A stretch of DNA of 64,000 nucleotides from Octopus sinensis (GCF_006345805.1 NC_043000.1:94674001-94738000), one strand, 5' to 3'; numbered from the stretch's first letter, positions 13,010 to 26,201 are shown. The notes: generated by a model from the sequence alone, not told the origin. Translations and numbers: made by a program.

Positions 13010-13340
13010 TTGAAAACTCCCACAGACTTTACCTTAGGATCATACTAGGAATTTCGTATCGCAAAGACGACACAAATCAAGAAGAAATTGAAAGGGCTGT
13101 GAAACAGAAGATACTTGTCTGTGTGTTAAGTACGCCCAGAAAAAGATCAATGAGAACTTCTCTTTGGGGACAACTGGAGATGGGAGCAATAGGCTGTTAA
13201 GATCTGGTTGAGAACTATGGCATAAGATTTGGCTGATATACACCTTGTCTGAAAGCAGGTTCATAATAGGGTTTTAAACAGGGCTGGATGGAAAACTCTC
13301 GTTGCCCCATGCTACATGTGACATCAGAAGGAACTAACAC
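13010..13340 (+). mobile_element. RTE-type LINE 3' end remnant
   Basis: Broken frames LRIILGISY.D.TN.EI...; ends CCCCATGCTACATGTGACATCAGAAGGAACTAAC then (CA)n. Confidence 0.5.
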
Positions 13341-14206
13341 ACACACACACATACACACAAGAGAAGATATGTCATAAACAACGATAGCCTACAGAATGCA
13401 CACTTCAAGTATACTAAAGTGGCCACAGGAACTAATTCACCTTAAAATAGTACCTAAAAGTGATGCTGGAACACAGAGCTTCCATTTGATTATGTCATCA
13501 TTTCTTTTACTAATTTGCACTTCAAAAACAGCGAATGAGAAAAAAGGCACTATGGAGTCAAAAGTTTGGCTCCACCATCTAACTTTTCTTTCTCCATCCT
13601 TGTTTAAATCTTCTCCTAATATTCAGGCTTCTCTCTCTTTCTCTCTTTCTTTCTCTCTATCTGTCTGTCTCTCTTTCTCTCTGCCTCTCTCTCTCTCCCC
13701 TTCTCTCAATTATGTTTCATTTACCTCCCATCCTTACTCTACTTCACTCTTCATTTAGTTATTATTCTTATCTCTATTACTCTCTATACCTCTTACTTCA
13801 TACTTTTTCTCGTCACATCTGATCTCATTCTGATGTTTCAGTAAATGTGAACCCCAAATAGAGGATATAAATGATTAAATAAATACGATATATTATGATA
13901 TTGGATATAATAGAAGTTATTTTCAAGAATTTTAGCTGATGCAAGTAAAGATTATAAACTACATTCAAAATATAAACCCTAAAATCCCAAATGGTTGGTG
14001 AAAACCTAAGTCTGGAGAAAACATCATTAGCAGCTGAGTTTAGTGCCTTTTAAAAGAAAACAATTTCAGATATATATTTTTAACGGTGTTTATGTGAAGA
14101 TGTAGCTGTGTGATTCGCTTCACAGCCACTTTCGAGTTCATCTCCTGATCGATTACTGTATTGTAAGTTAGTTTCGTACACAGAACCTGTGTGAAACCCC
14201 CGTCTT

Positions 14207-14295
14207 TAGACAGATAGATAGATAGATAGATAGATAGCTATATTTCTTTATTTTATTTATTTGTTTTTTTTATTCAGACAGACAGACAGACAGAC

Positions 14296-14340
<45 letters not shown>

Positions 14341-14351
14341 TATAGATAGAC

Positions 14352-14419
<68 letters not shown>

Positions 14420-14420
14420 G
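14207..14420. repeat. (GATA)n/(GACA)n arrays; others at 53945-54005, 55095-55237, 63330-63416
   Basis: Direct reading of the sequence. Confidence 0.95.
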
Positions 14421-15112
14421 CGTGTCTTTCTATTTGACCCACACCACTTAACAATAAGCGTTGTCTACAAGCGTTGTTTTCTTTACGTCCTCATACCTAG
14501 CGGTTTGGAAAAAGAGACCAATAGAATAACTACAAGCCTTTAAAAAAAAAAGTACTGTGGGCGATTTCTTTGATAACAAAATTCAAAACAGTGCGTCAGC
14601 AAGTCCTCAATTCTCTGGCTGAAACATGTGAAAGAACAAAAGAAACAACAGAAATCTTTATAAATACACATGAAATCAAATGCAGTCTGAATTAAAAGAA
14701 AGTAAAACGAGAATTTACTGCTATTGATGTCCTGTATAAACATGCGCTATAAAGTACAAATAAATTTGTTCAAAACTAAATGGTTAGATGTCCATATCTA
14801 TTATACTTGAATTCCATACATCTAACATATATAGTTAATATGAAGACCATTATGGTCGAACTGAATGTTAATTATGTCAGATCATTTTAGGTCTGTTCAT
14901 CTATAATTTTAAGATATCTGTATTTATTTTAAATTGAAACATGACAAAAACAGAGTCTAATGAGTACGTAACTTAATATCTTGATATTCAATTAGATTAC
15001 GGTTATTCTGTGCGGATATCAATAACGGGTAGTAAGGGCACAAAGTATTTCAATACAAGACTGTGTTAAGAAGTTGTTAAATTTTTGACGCCGCTTGATA
15101 TGGTGCCCATTT

Positions 15113-15156
<44 letters not shown>

Positions 15157-15157
15157 C

Positions 15158-15195
<38 letters not shown>

Positions 15196-15239
15196 ATATA
15201 AAGTTATATATATATATATATATATCTATATATATATAT

Positions 15240-15482
15240 CACCGTGATGGCCGTGACCGACCAGGCTATCAGATGTTGCTACACATCGCTGGTCACAATG
15301 CGCTTAGCATTGTTTTAGCCTTCAAATGACGCTACCCGGCTGGCTAAGCGAGCAGGCCAACAGAAGAATGAGTGAAAGTTGTGGCGAAAGAGTACAGCAT
15401 GGTTCGCCACCCCCACCCCCCTGCCGGAGCCTCGTGGAACTTTTAGGTGTTTTCGCTCAATAAACACTCACAATGCCCGGTC
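15240..15482 (-). mobile_element. tRNA-derived SINE family C, 5'-truncated
   Basis: Reverse complement aligns to 31543-31860 (GACCGGGCATTGTGAGTGTTTATTGAGCGAAAAC...GGCTAAAACAATGC..GGTCACG). Confidence 0.85.
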
Positions 15483-15504
15483 TATATATATATATATATA
15501 TAAT

Positions 15505-15538
<34 letters not shown>

Positions 15539-16019
15539 ATATATATATAGCGTATGTGTATTTCAGTTGTAGCCCTATTTGCCGATTGCTGCTTAGAGTT
15601 TGGAAATATTTGCTTAAGTAATTTCAAGACCACAATTATATCCTAAATTTTGATTTCTAGATGACGTAATATATACAAAAACTGAATCTCTTACTTTAAG
15701 AGTTAAAGCGCATGAGATATTATTCATCATATACTGGGTCACACTATTACAAGAAGAAGAAAAAACATTAAATTCGTATTTAATTAATATATGAGATTTA
15801 GTCTGACTATTTTGGGCGTAAAACCAGAAACTAGCTTCAATTGTTTAAAGATAGTTTAATTGATTAAAGGTAGAACTAGTTTCTAAAACGCAAAATTAAG
15901 GTCACTAACGGAAATCCAGTAGGATTAATAGCTGATACAAAATTCAGAGAAGGTACACAGCCACATTTCTTTCTATCTTTCTTTCTTTCTTTCTTTATTT
16001 ATTTATTTATTATAAGCTG

Positions 16020-16190
16020 TGGATTAGTAGAGTGGGCGTCGATGTCATTGTCTTGTAGTATTTTTTGTTCGGCTTTTTACCTTCTGAGTTCAAATCCCAC
16101 CAAGGTTAACGTTGCTTTTCATCTCCGCCAGATTGATAAAATAAAACACTGGGATCGATGTAATCAATTAACCCTCTCCCCTTAAGAATT
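16020..16190 (+). mobile_element. SINE family B, degenerate copy; another at 16910-17100
   Basis: TTCTGAGTTCAAATCCCACC..GTT..CTTTTCATC...GATAAAATAA core. Confidence 0.7.
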
Positions 16191-17369
16191 GCTTGCTGTA
16201 TTCCTAAACCAGAAACCTTATTTAATGTATATATTTTATTATTTGTATAACAAGAAGTACCACGAAATTTCTTATGAACTTAAGTGAGAAACATGACGTT
16301 GGAAATTTATTTACAAGATTTACAATATTAGCTATACAATTTAGACGTTGCAACTCGTAAATTGCCTTCGAAATGATTATTTTTTAATTGATTCCTGTTT
16401 TTCACTTCATTACTTTTATTTGACAAAAATGTAATTCATATTTATAAGTAGTAGTGCACATGGTGCCATATCTGCAGAGGAATCAGAGATATTTGATGCA
16501 GATTCATTAGGAACACTTGAATAAAGACCAACAAAGATTTACATTGATATTTTTGCCGAAGTTCAACACTGATGATCTTTTATTTCCATTTGTAACACTT
16601 TTCGTGCCATCTTTTCATCCTGATAATAAAATAGAAACAATGAATTATGATACTGGATATAACAAAAATATGAGAATCGCCATTTATAACTTTGCAATCA
16701 TCAAATCTAGAGATAAGTTTTTTTTAATCAATCAGCCTTCTCGTGGTGATAGGTAAATAGAAAATATCGCCAGTTTTGAGTTGATTCATTCAAATTAGAA
16801 TTTATATTTCAAAAGGCTCAGTTGAGAATATTTTTCATGAATTGATTGATTTTCTTACAATTCTGAATAAAGATTGTTTAAATGGGTAAAACATCGAGGA
16901 GTATTTTTGAAATTGGAAGCCGATGAACTGGCAGAATCATTAGCATGCTAGACAAAATGTTTAGCAGTATTTCGCCCGTCTTTACATTCTGAGTTCTAAT
17001 TGGATTTTGCCGTTCATCGTTGCGGGGTTGATAAAATAAGTACTTGTCGAGCTCTGGAGTCGGTGCAATTGATTTATCACCTCTTTCGAACGTGCTGGTC
17101 TTGTGTTGGGGGCAAATTAACCTTCCTTCTCAGGAAACTGCATATGTCTCTGATTCTATAAAAATGTGGAAGCATCTTTCCTTTGCTCAAGCAACGAAGA
17201 GCACAAAAGTATATCATATCGTCATGTTCGGATCCAGGATTTTCTGAAAATTGATGGAAATGGTTATAATTAAGTTCTCGAGTTTTTATGAAATTGAAAT
17301 TTGAAATAACGACATGCATTAGATTTTAAGTTTACCGTCTTGGCACATTAAAGCAATGAAATGAAATGT

Positions 17370-18330
17370 TGCAAAGACGTGTTCCGTTAAATCTAGAGAA
17401 GTTCATTCTGATATTAATGTAGAAAGACAATTTATCTCTGAGCCAGCGGCACTTTCATTTGATATACTGACGGCCTTTTAAAGGGATATACAAGTTCGTT
17501 ATGGCTTTCTTTCTTTCTTCATGACTATTGTTTCCCTCACTGTATCTTTCATTGTTTAAATACAAATCATTTCTGTTGTAACGTTAAAATCTTTATCAAC
17601 ACCACGCATAAAATCTGCAAGTTGAACTGAATCTGACATATCAGTACTTTCATCGATAGCCAAGGGAAATTAAACATTTTTTCTTTCTGGTGTTCAGCAA
17701 TGATTGTTCTGTTAGCATAACCTTCTGCAATTTCTTCGAGACAAGTTAGTTTTCAAATATGTTGAACTTTCACTTTCACCAAAGTTTTGGAAATACCAAT
17801 AAGCGTCTCATTGCAAATTCACGTGATAACGCTATAAATTTCAACTTAAACGAAAACTTCAATTTAAAGTTTTCTTTAACAAGTTTACCATCAAAACAAT
17901 TTTTAGATCGCTTGGCTACATTGTTTCGAACAACATAGCTTGTGTGCGTAATTTCTAAAATTCTGAGAACCTTTTAGAGAAGATATTTAGATTACCGATC
18001 TGTTTCTTAAGCGTTTCGATTTTAAGCCTTCTAATAGTTTCTTTGAATATTTAATATCCAGAATGTTTAAAAATTTGATGATGCTTGATGGTAAATCTTT
18101 GAATTTAGAAAAGGATTCAAAACATATAAGACTCATCGGTGTGTTATTTTTTACGGCAACAATGAAGAAATCTTTTGGGCACTTCTCCTGAGATTTTCTC
18201 ATTTCTTCAAGTCATGGATTAGGTTTATCGAAGTCCCAGAATAGCCTCACAGTAACAACACTTTTCTTCTAAGTCTTGGATTTTTTCTTGTATTTGATGA
18301 AAGAAATCTTTCCCGAAATATTATGGAAGC
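17370..18330 (-). mobile_element. hAT transposase remnant (Charlie/SPIN/GTF2IRD2-like)
   Basis: Minus strand gives LAIDESTDMSDSVQLADFMRGVDKDFNVT, preceded by an LSRR-like segment and followed by a degenerate STDGA-like segment. Confidence 0.72.
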
Positions 18331-19616
18331 ATCAAACAACCTTGGTAAGATAATACAACTTATTTCCTTTCTGTGCATTTATTGACATCAGCAGACACTA
18401 ATATATTTAGCTTAACTTCACACCGGGATTGCTAATTTTTTTTATTTATATCATTTACATGTTACACTGCCTGAAGCACATTACCATGCACTTTTATCAA
18501 ATTTTAAAGATTTACAACGCTTAGCAAATTCAAAATCTTCGGGTAAACTTAACTAAAAATATTGATGAATACTTTTCTTTTACTAAAACATTTATTAACA
18601 ATTCAACAGATATTGATAAATAAAATGGATTATTAATATTAATAATTTTTAAAATCTATGCTTTTAATACACTCAATAATAAAAGTAAATCAATAAAAAT
18701 AAGGGAGATTACTGTAGCATTCAATAACTATTTTCCCGTGATACGAGCTACAGCAAACTTCATTTGAAAGAAACTGTGGGAAAATGAAAAAAGAATGAAG
18801 TGAAGACAAGCAAAATATGATTAACAAGCTTATTATACAGGGATATTCATGGAATTAAGTATGATAGATAAAGAGCAAGAAAAATCCTTCATATTGCCCC
18901 TGGGCCACAGGTTACTCAGAAGTGAGCTAGATAATATACAACTGACAGACAAAATATAGAAGGTCAGATTAAATAAAAATGATTGACAGCTGCGGAGATT
19001 AGGATAACTAAATGCCTTCAATATAAATGGAAATTTAAAAAATTTAGCGGAAAAAACAATTTACATATTGACTTGTATCTTGGGAATGTCAGGGTCTACT
19101 AAAAAGAAGATCTCTTATATTTGACAGTTATGAAGAAGAGAATATACTACGAAGAGAATTCTAATTCATAACTACGATTATCTGACGCAAATACAATTTT
19201 CAATATTTACTCTGTAAAGATGAAAAAGAAAGGCATTAGATTTGACATTTTGAAATACAAATGAAAGATTTTAGATTTAATTTATTGTTCACATATATAT
19301 GTGTGTGTGTAAAACCTTTTGAAATAATTACGTATTTGACATATTGTTTTAACTTAAGATATTTATCGACTTTTTAAAAGATATAGTTGAACTTACTAAA
19401 TCGTCATACGGTATAAGTTAATAGATGTCTTCTACTATAGAGGTTTTATTATATATTAACTTTTATTATATATTAACTTTATTGATTCCAATAATAATTA
19501 TTTAAACTCTAAAGACTAAACTCTAAAGATTTGAGCAAACCTTATAATGTTTATCGCGTGTTGTACGATACTTTAACACTAATAAGCTGTTATAGCTTCC
19601 TTTTAATCGAATAAGT

Positions 19617-20025
19617 ATTTATTTCTTTATTGCCAACAAGGGGTTAAACATAGAAGGGACAAACAAGGACAGGGATTAAATCGATTACATCGAACCCAGT
19701 GCGTAGTTCGCACTTATTTAATCGACCCCGAAAGGATGAAAGACAAAGTTGAAATACCGCTAAGCACTTCGCCCAGCGTGCTAACGATCCTTATTTCCTT
19801 ACTGCCCACAAGGGGCAACAAAGAGAAGGGACAAACAAGGACAGACAAATGGATTAAGTCGATTACATCGACCCCAGTGCGTAACTGGGACTTAATTTAT
19901 CGACCCCGAAAGGATGAAAGGCAAAGTCGACCTCGGCGGAATTTGAACTGAGAACGTAGCGACAGATGAAATACTGCTAAGCATTTCGCCCGGCGTGCTA
20001 AATTTTCTGCCAGCTCGCCGCCTTT
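19617..20025 (-). mobile_element. SINE family B: a full copy plus a tandem internally deleted copy
   Basis: Two ATTTCTTTA(T/C)TGCC.ACAAGGG tails at about 19620 and 19792; head CCAGCTCGCCGCC at about 20010-20022. Confidence 0.9.
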
Positions 20026-20074
20026 AATCGAATAAATAATAGATTCTATCAATAATTATACATATTCATATAAC

Positions 20075-20280
20075 GCATGCGAGCTAACTAAATCGTTAGC
20101 ACGCCGGGTTAAATGGGTAGCGGTATTTTGTCTGCCGCTACGTTCTCAGTTCAAATTCCACTGATGTTAACTTTGCCTTTCGTCCTTTCGGAGTTGATAA
20201 AATAAGTGCCAGCTGAATACTGGTGTTGATGTAATTGAATTACCTCTCTCCTGAAATTGCTGGCCTTGTGTCAAAATCTG
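20075..20280 (+). mobile_element. SINE family B, head-to-head with the preceding copy
   Basis: GCGAGCT...TCGTTAGCACGCCGGG...TTCTCAGTTCAAATTCC. Confidence 0.85.
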
Positions 20281-20760
20281 TAATCAATAATTATATATTT
20301 ATATACATTATCAGTATCAAATATCAGTATATGTGTTGCTAAACGGCAGGAGATTTGACTTTTCACGAATGTGCGTTAAACGCCAGAAGCTGCGGGGTTT
20401 TTTTTAATATCATTAACCTGCTTCTAATTCATAATTTGAATTTAAATATACGTTAGAAGATACCTGTTTAAATTTGACCTAAGCCGACAGGTAAACGTAA
20501 CTAGAATTTAAAATTGATACTTAGAAACTGAATGATTAGAGTATATATTAGATATATCGCTTAAACGCCTAAAGATAATTTAGTTAACATTTAATTCTTT
20601 AATCCCAGAATAAATTCATTCAAGGAAACTATAATTTTTTTTCTCTTCATACTAGATGGAAAACTTGATCTTTATTTTTCCACGTAAATAGATTAACTAT
20701 GAAAATAAATAAATAAAAATACTCATTCTTTACAAAATCAGGCATGTGCCTCCATATAAT

Positions 20761-20920
20761 AAAAACTTACTATTTTTAATTTCAAATTCTGCCAGATATA
20801 GATTCTGTGGATAAAAAGACTCCAAGCGATTAGTTAATAAGTGCATCTCCTGGAGTCTTTTTATCCACAGAAGCTGAATCTATATCTGACAACATATAAA
20901 ATCAAAAATAGTTTTTCTTA
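20761..20920. repeat. Fold-back hairpin, MITE-like
   Basis: Perfect 22-bp stem 20803-20824/20851-20872, an outer CAGATATAGATTC/GAATCTATATCTG stem, and weaker AT-rich outer arms. Confidence 0.75.
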
Positions 20921-20923
20921 TGT

Positions 20924-21120
20924 GGAGGTACGTGGCCTAGTGGTTAGAGCAGCAGAACTCGCAGTCGAGGGATTGTGGGCTCGAATGTCAGACCGGGCGA
21001 TATGTGTGTTTATGAGCGAAACACCTATGCTCCAAGCGGCTCAGTCAGAAGGTAGTGGCGAACTTCTGCTGACTCTTTCGCCACAACTTTCGCTCACTCT
21101 TTCCTCCTGCATCTAGCAGG
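20924..21120 (+). mobile_element. tRNA-derived SINE family C, 5' part
   Basis: A-box TGGCCTAGTGG, B-box-like GGCTCGAATGTC, body homologous to 31543-31860. Confidence 0.8.
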
Positions 21121-21224
21121 CTGGCGTTCCGTTCAGGTGGGGAACCTTTACGATATACCGGCCCCTATGAGTTAAGCATGGATCGAGAAGGAACAAACAA
21201 GATAAAGTTTTTATTATTACCTCC

Positions 21225-21412
21225 CTCTTTGCTTGTTTTACAGGCCATGCCGGAGCACCACCTTTAGTCGAACACAGACCCCAGAACTTATTCTTTGTAA
21301 GTCTAGTACTTATTCTATCTGTCTGTTTTGCCGAACCGCTAGATTTCGGGAACTTAAACACACCAATATCGGTTATCATGTTATGGTGGGAGGATAAACA
21401 CAGACACACAAA
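21225..21412 (-). mobile_element. SINE family A, 3' part
   Basis: Reverse complement of GTTCGGCAAAA...GATAGAATAAGTACTAG...GACTAAAGG.GGTGCTCC.GCATGGCC. Confidence 0.85.
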
Positions 21413-22020
21413 TACTCAAAGAAGAAATCGTATCTTACATTCAATATCCATTTATTAATTTAATTGATAGCTTTATTTCCAGTGTTTTTATTGTTGTATC
21501 TAAGTTGTAAAGTAATGAAACGCAACACACACCGAATTTGTATTAACAACTAATTTATTTTACTTACATATATACACTTACATATATATATGCACACATG
21601 CATGCATACATACATACATACATACATACATACATACATACAAACATCCATCCATCCATCCATCCATCCATCCATACATACATACATACATACATACATA
21701 CATACATACATACATACATACATACATACATACATACATACATACATGTGCGTGTGTGTGTATGATCATGAACAGTTACAGGTCATGAGCGCAAATTCCA
21801 GTACTGTTGGAGAGAGGGAGTAAAGTATTTATAAAAAACCAGGTTTGTGAGATACAGGTTTTGGGTTGAAACAAACGGAAGGCTCATAAAAGCTCTTATA
21901 AGGAACCGAGGGGTGTACTTATACTGGGCAAGTAACTAAGTTTGCCACTTATAGTCATATTACGCTCATTTGTCTTCTTCCAACTTAATCTTCACTCTAC
22001 TTTAGACTGAGTTACCAATA

Positions 22021-22238
22021 CGAGAGGGCGATGAAAAGCTCCTGGTTTGGGGGTTAACGAAAATACAGAACGATCAGTTAATTATGACTTTATTCAACAT
22101 ATCCGCCTCTCAGATTCACACACATATTGCAGAGGTCCTTCAATTTCTCTAAACCCAGTAAAAGGAGACAGAAGGTTGAGCCTCCGAAAAGACCTTTCCC
22201 AATACCCTTAAAGCCAGGAACTTTTCAGAACCACCTCG
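22021..22238 (+). mobile_element. mariner-derived MITE
   Basis: TA-flanked TIRs CGAG.GGG..TGAAAAG.TCCTGG / CCAGGAACTTTTCAG..CCACCTCG; same family as 42555-42771. Confidence 0.88.
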
Positions 22239-22559
22239 TATAATAAATACACCAGCAATTCCTTTATAAAACATAGAACTACAATTCATGCATTCACCTA
22301 GATTTGCTGTTGTAAGTAGTATTATATACGTTAAGGGTTGAGACATCAAAAAGCCTATATAAATGAATGATGTCATTCACGTATCATTTCAAACAGTCCT
22401 CTAAAATCGAACAGACTCTCCATTATCATTGTTCGTTGCAACACAACAAAAACAATGAATGTATATATCGGCTGAATGTACAATTTGTATATGACAACAG
22501 AAGTGTAACCTCCCGGTAGCTATAATGATATGAATATATGCGAATACACACGCGCGCTC

Positions 22560-22760
22560 GCATATACATATATATATGTGGTTCAAATTTCTAGAAAAAA
22601 CACAAGCGAAGACAGGTGTAGGAACAACAAGCAAGTGTATTAGTTTGACGGTCCGGAAAAATTGAAAAGTCTTTTACATTTCAAGCCTACGCTCTTCGAC
22701 AAAAAGGAACAACAGGAAAGAAATAGAGAGAGAATGAAAAAATATTTGTTGAGTTCAGTG
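22560..22760 (-). mobile_element. Non-coding repeat family D carrying an HHR-like TTGTCGA..GAAA motif
   Basis: Homologous to 31930-32150 in reverse orientation; (TA)n-flanked. Confidence 0.6.
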
Positions 22761-22775
22761 GTGCAACGTACACAC

Positions 22776-22827
<52 letters not shown>

Positions 22828-22850
22828 TATATATATATTATATATATATA

Positions 22851-22882
<32 letters not shown>

Positions 22883-23557
22883 GTGCGTGTATGTGTGTGT
22901 GTGTGTGTGTATTACACACACATACACATATCTGTGCGCATGCATGTGTGTGTATCTATATATAAATACAAATTAATATATATAAATATATATATATAGG
23001 ATAGTGGTACAACAAAGCACCAATATTTCCTCGAAATAGCAATCGATGATATACGACGCTATAGTAAAGCTTCACTACATAAATATACTGTCAAAATTGT
23101 TTGCGAGCGGCGAACATAAAAACTTTCATTTTACTTGTAGGAAGAACATTAAATAAATGTACAACCCAGATGTGGATAACTTAGGACCTAGGTTTCGAAT
23201 TTTCCAAATTACATTTGTTAAAGTAAATTTGATTAGTTCTCAGCGGCTAGATTCACCTAGACAAAACTTCAAATGTCGTTGAATCAATGCCAGTGTCTAC
23301 TCAACTGAACGCCTAGCCGTTAACCGGCCGAGAACAGTGAAAAAGTGTTCAAAGATGATGCTTGCTAGCAGCGGGAGCGAACCCCTACCATCCTCTAGCA
23401 GACAGTAGGATCGCGAGACTAATTTAATTTGGAACTGTTGGATCATCTTCAGCCGCAAGTACATGGTCGCCAGAGTGGTTGACAGGGTCCGCCCTAGCCA
23501 GCATTATTTCGTAAACAAAGTGACCATCAGTCACTGATTTGCAACAAGCAAAATAGC

Positions 23558-23805
23558 TAGTTGTAAATTCTCAAGAAGCGATCAGGATAGTAACTATACT
23601 AACAAGCAAAGTTAATCGCCACATCAACATATTGCTATCAATATATATGTATATACAGAGTGCAGCACCGCACCGATAACCAGCTGGCGGAAGACCTACC
23701 TGGGGTTAAACAAGTAGTAACATAGAACAGCCACTTCTATGTAGCGATTAATGTTACTTGTTAATATAGTTACTAGTCTGATCTCTTCTAGAGATTTTAC
23801 AACTA
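23558..23805. repeat. Imperfect inverted repeat (about 67-bp arms, about 80% identity) enclosing the conserved hairpin module
   Basis: Arms 23558-23624 and 23739-23805; the spacer holds TAACCAGCTGG...CCTGGGGTTAAAC. Confidence 0.8.
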
Positions 23806-23808
23806 ATT

Positions 23809-23896
<88 letters not shown>

Positions 23897-24076
23897 ATAT
23901 TAGGGAATAAATCCAAATTTACAGGGAAAATCAGATTTAGGATTGAATCCAATTTTATAGCAAAATATTATATAATATTAATTAGAGACAAAACCACTAT
24001 TTTGCAAATCAAACAAAGAAACACTTAATCCAATACATAAAAAATTTTTAATATAAATTAAATAAAATTATATTCG

Positions 24077-24122
24077 CCACTACAATTATTTCATGTCTCT
24101 TCTAAGGACATTCATCAGGTGG
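24077..24122 (-). ncRNA. Minimal type I hammerhead ribozyme (left arm)
   Basis: Exact reverse complement of the motif at 24202-24247. Confidence 0.8.
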
Positions 24123-24201
24123 ATTTCAGATCTTCTATACTATTTTAAGTTATGAAGTCTTCATAACTTCATAACTTAAAATAGAATAGAAGATCTGAAA
24201 T

Positions 24202-24247
24202 CCACCTGATGAATGTCCTTAGAAGAGACATGAAATAATTGTAGTGG
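24202..24247 (+). ncRNA. Minimal type I hammerhead ribozyme (right arm)
   Basis: CCAC CTGATGA ATGTC-CTTAGAAGA-GACAT GAAA T-AATT-G TA GTGG. Intact core, palindromic loop III, predicted GUA cleavage after 24243. Confidence 0.8.
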
Positions 24248-24341
24248 CGAATATAATTTTATTTAATTTATATTGAAATTTTTTTATGTATTGGATTAAG
24301 TCTTTCTTTGTTGATTTGCAAAATAGTGGTTTTGTCTCTAA

Positions 24342-24386
<45 letters not shown>

Positions 24387-25510
24387 ATATATATATATTA
24401 TAGTATATTTAGCTGATATATACATTCATTGTTGTTTTGCTACGAACAATGATAGTAGACAGAACGCTCGATTTTAGAGAACTGTTTAAAATGATACGTG
24501 AAAGACACATCATTCAATTAATAGAGGCATTTTTATGTCCCAACACTTATCGTATTTGCAACTGTAAATCTAGATAAAAACGTCAATTGTATTTCTAAGT
24601 TTTACAAAGAAATTGTTGTTTTATTTATTATAGTGTTAACAGAAAGTGAAGTTAAGAATTTATATTTTATGTTTAAATTGAAGAAGGATAAATGAAATTA
24701 ATATGACCATAGGTGACAAGCTTAAACACTCGCCCAGCATAAGGTACCCTTTTGGTTCCTTATAAAGAGCCTTTATAAGAGTCCAGTGTGTTGCAAACCC
24801 AAACCCGAGATCTCTCATTAATTTTACGGTTTCCAGCGATCGGGCTTGGTCTTTGGTTTAGAGCATAGCTTCCTTCCTCTCCCTCCACCAGTCCTGGAAT
24901 TTGTGCTCATAACCAGTACCAGATCATGAGCACAACATTTACACTTGACTAAAAGACAGAAGGAAAGGATAACTAATACAAATGCATTCAGTAGAAGTAA
25001 ATTCCTGCAGAGTCGGATCTGCTAGTCATTTTTACTTCTAGTCATTTACTGCTAGTCATTTTTACTGAGGTAATTTCAAATTAATTATATAACAAATATT
25101 TGTGACAATAAATCAGAAATATCACGATTCACTGACGTCTCTTTCCTTCGTAGTTTATAGAAGTTATTTATACATACATAAGAAATGAATAAAGCAGAAG
25201 TGATGTCAGAGATATAATATAACAAAGATACGACAGAATAATAACAGAGATATATTATCAACAACCCGTGTATTAAACACAAATTGAAAGCATTGTGCTA
25301 TTTAAGTATCCTCAGCGAGCTATAATTGTGTGACAAACAACCATTCTATTAGTTCTCCTCTCACATCTCCTTTGTAATGATAAATTCATGTGGCTTTGCA
25401 GCAGTGCCTTTAGTTTAAAGATGAATATAGTCCCTAGAATATAACAAATAACTCCCATCTTTTCATTTTTCAAATCTGATCTCAACACCTTGTCATTGAA
25501 AGCATATATC

Positions 25511-25545
<35 letters not shown>

Positions 25546-25559
25546 TATTATATATATAT

Positions 25560-25607
<48 letters not shown>

Positions 25608-25612
25608 GTATG

Positions 25613-25643
<31 letters not shown>

Positions 25644-25732
25644 TATATATACATTATATACATACATGCACATTCACATACACACAAACATATATATATA
25701 TATATACACACACACACATATAAATATATATA

Positions 25733-26125
25733 GGCGCAGGCGTGGCTGTGTGGTGAGTAGCTTGCTTACCAACGACATGGTTCCAACGACATGGTTCCAA
25801 CCACATGGTTCCGGGTTCAGGCCCACTGAATGGCACCTTGGGTAAGTGTCTTCTACTATAGCATCGGCACGACCAAAAACTTGTGAGTAGAATACGGAAA
25901 CTTAAAGCCCGTCATATATGTATATTTGTGTGTGTGCATATGTGTGTGTGTGCCTGTTTGTATGTTTGTCCCCCACCATCGCTTGAGAACCGATGTTGGT
26001 TTGTTTACATCTCCGATAGAATGAGTACTAGGTTTACAAAGAATAAGTCTTGGGATCGATTTGTTCGACTAAAGTTGGTACTCCAGCATGGCCGTAGTCA
26101 AAATGAGTGAAACAGATAAGAAACT
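25733..26125 (+). mobile_element. SINE family A, full length with internal (TA)(TG) tract
   Basis: GGCGCAGGCGTGGCTGTGTGGT A-box, GGTTCAGGCCC B-box, GGCACCTTGGG.AAGTGTCTT central domain. A 14-mer AAC(G/C)ACATGGTTCC is triplicated in the head. Confidence 0.9.
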
Positions 26126-26156
26126 AAAACAATAAGCATCGCCAATCGTTGGTTGT

Positions 26157-26201
26157 CACAAGCTGATGACGGGTCAATACCCAGAAACTCGGGTCCGTGT
26201 G
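26157..26201 (+). ncRNA. Type I hammerhead ribozyme, copy 1
   Basis: CACAAG CTGATGA C GGGT-CAAT-ACCC A GAAA C-TCGG-G TC CGTGTG; predicted GUC cleavage after 26195. Confidence 0.8.

Larger units (their letters stand above)
23969..24354. repeat. Near-perfect palindrome (about 188-bp arms, 9-bp spacer) between (TA)n tracts, with one HHR per arm; PLE pseudo-LTR-like
   Basis: Arms 23969-24157 and 24167-24354 are reverse complements with few differences. Confidence 0.92.

Noticed and set aside
16430-16630. Minus-strand TTATCAG|DEKMARKVLQMEIKDHQC-stop as a terminal exon
   Set aside because: Too short, no recognisable homology, and no partner exons found.
23405-23460. Minus-strand GCGG CTGAAGA...CAAA TTAAATTA GTC TCGC as an HHR
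   Set aside because: GAAA is altered and stem II does not pair; at best a relic.
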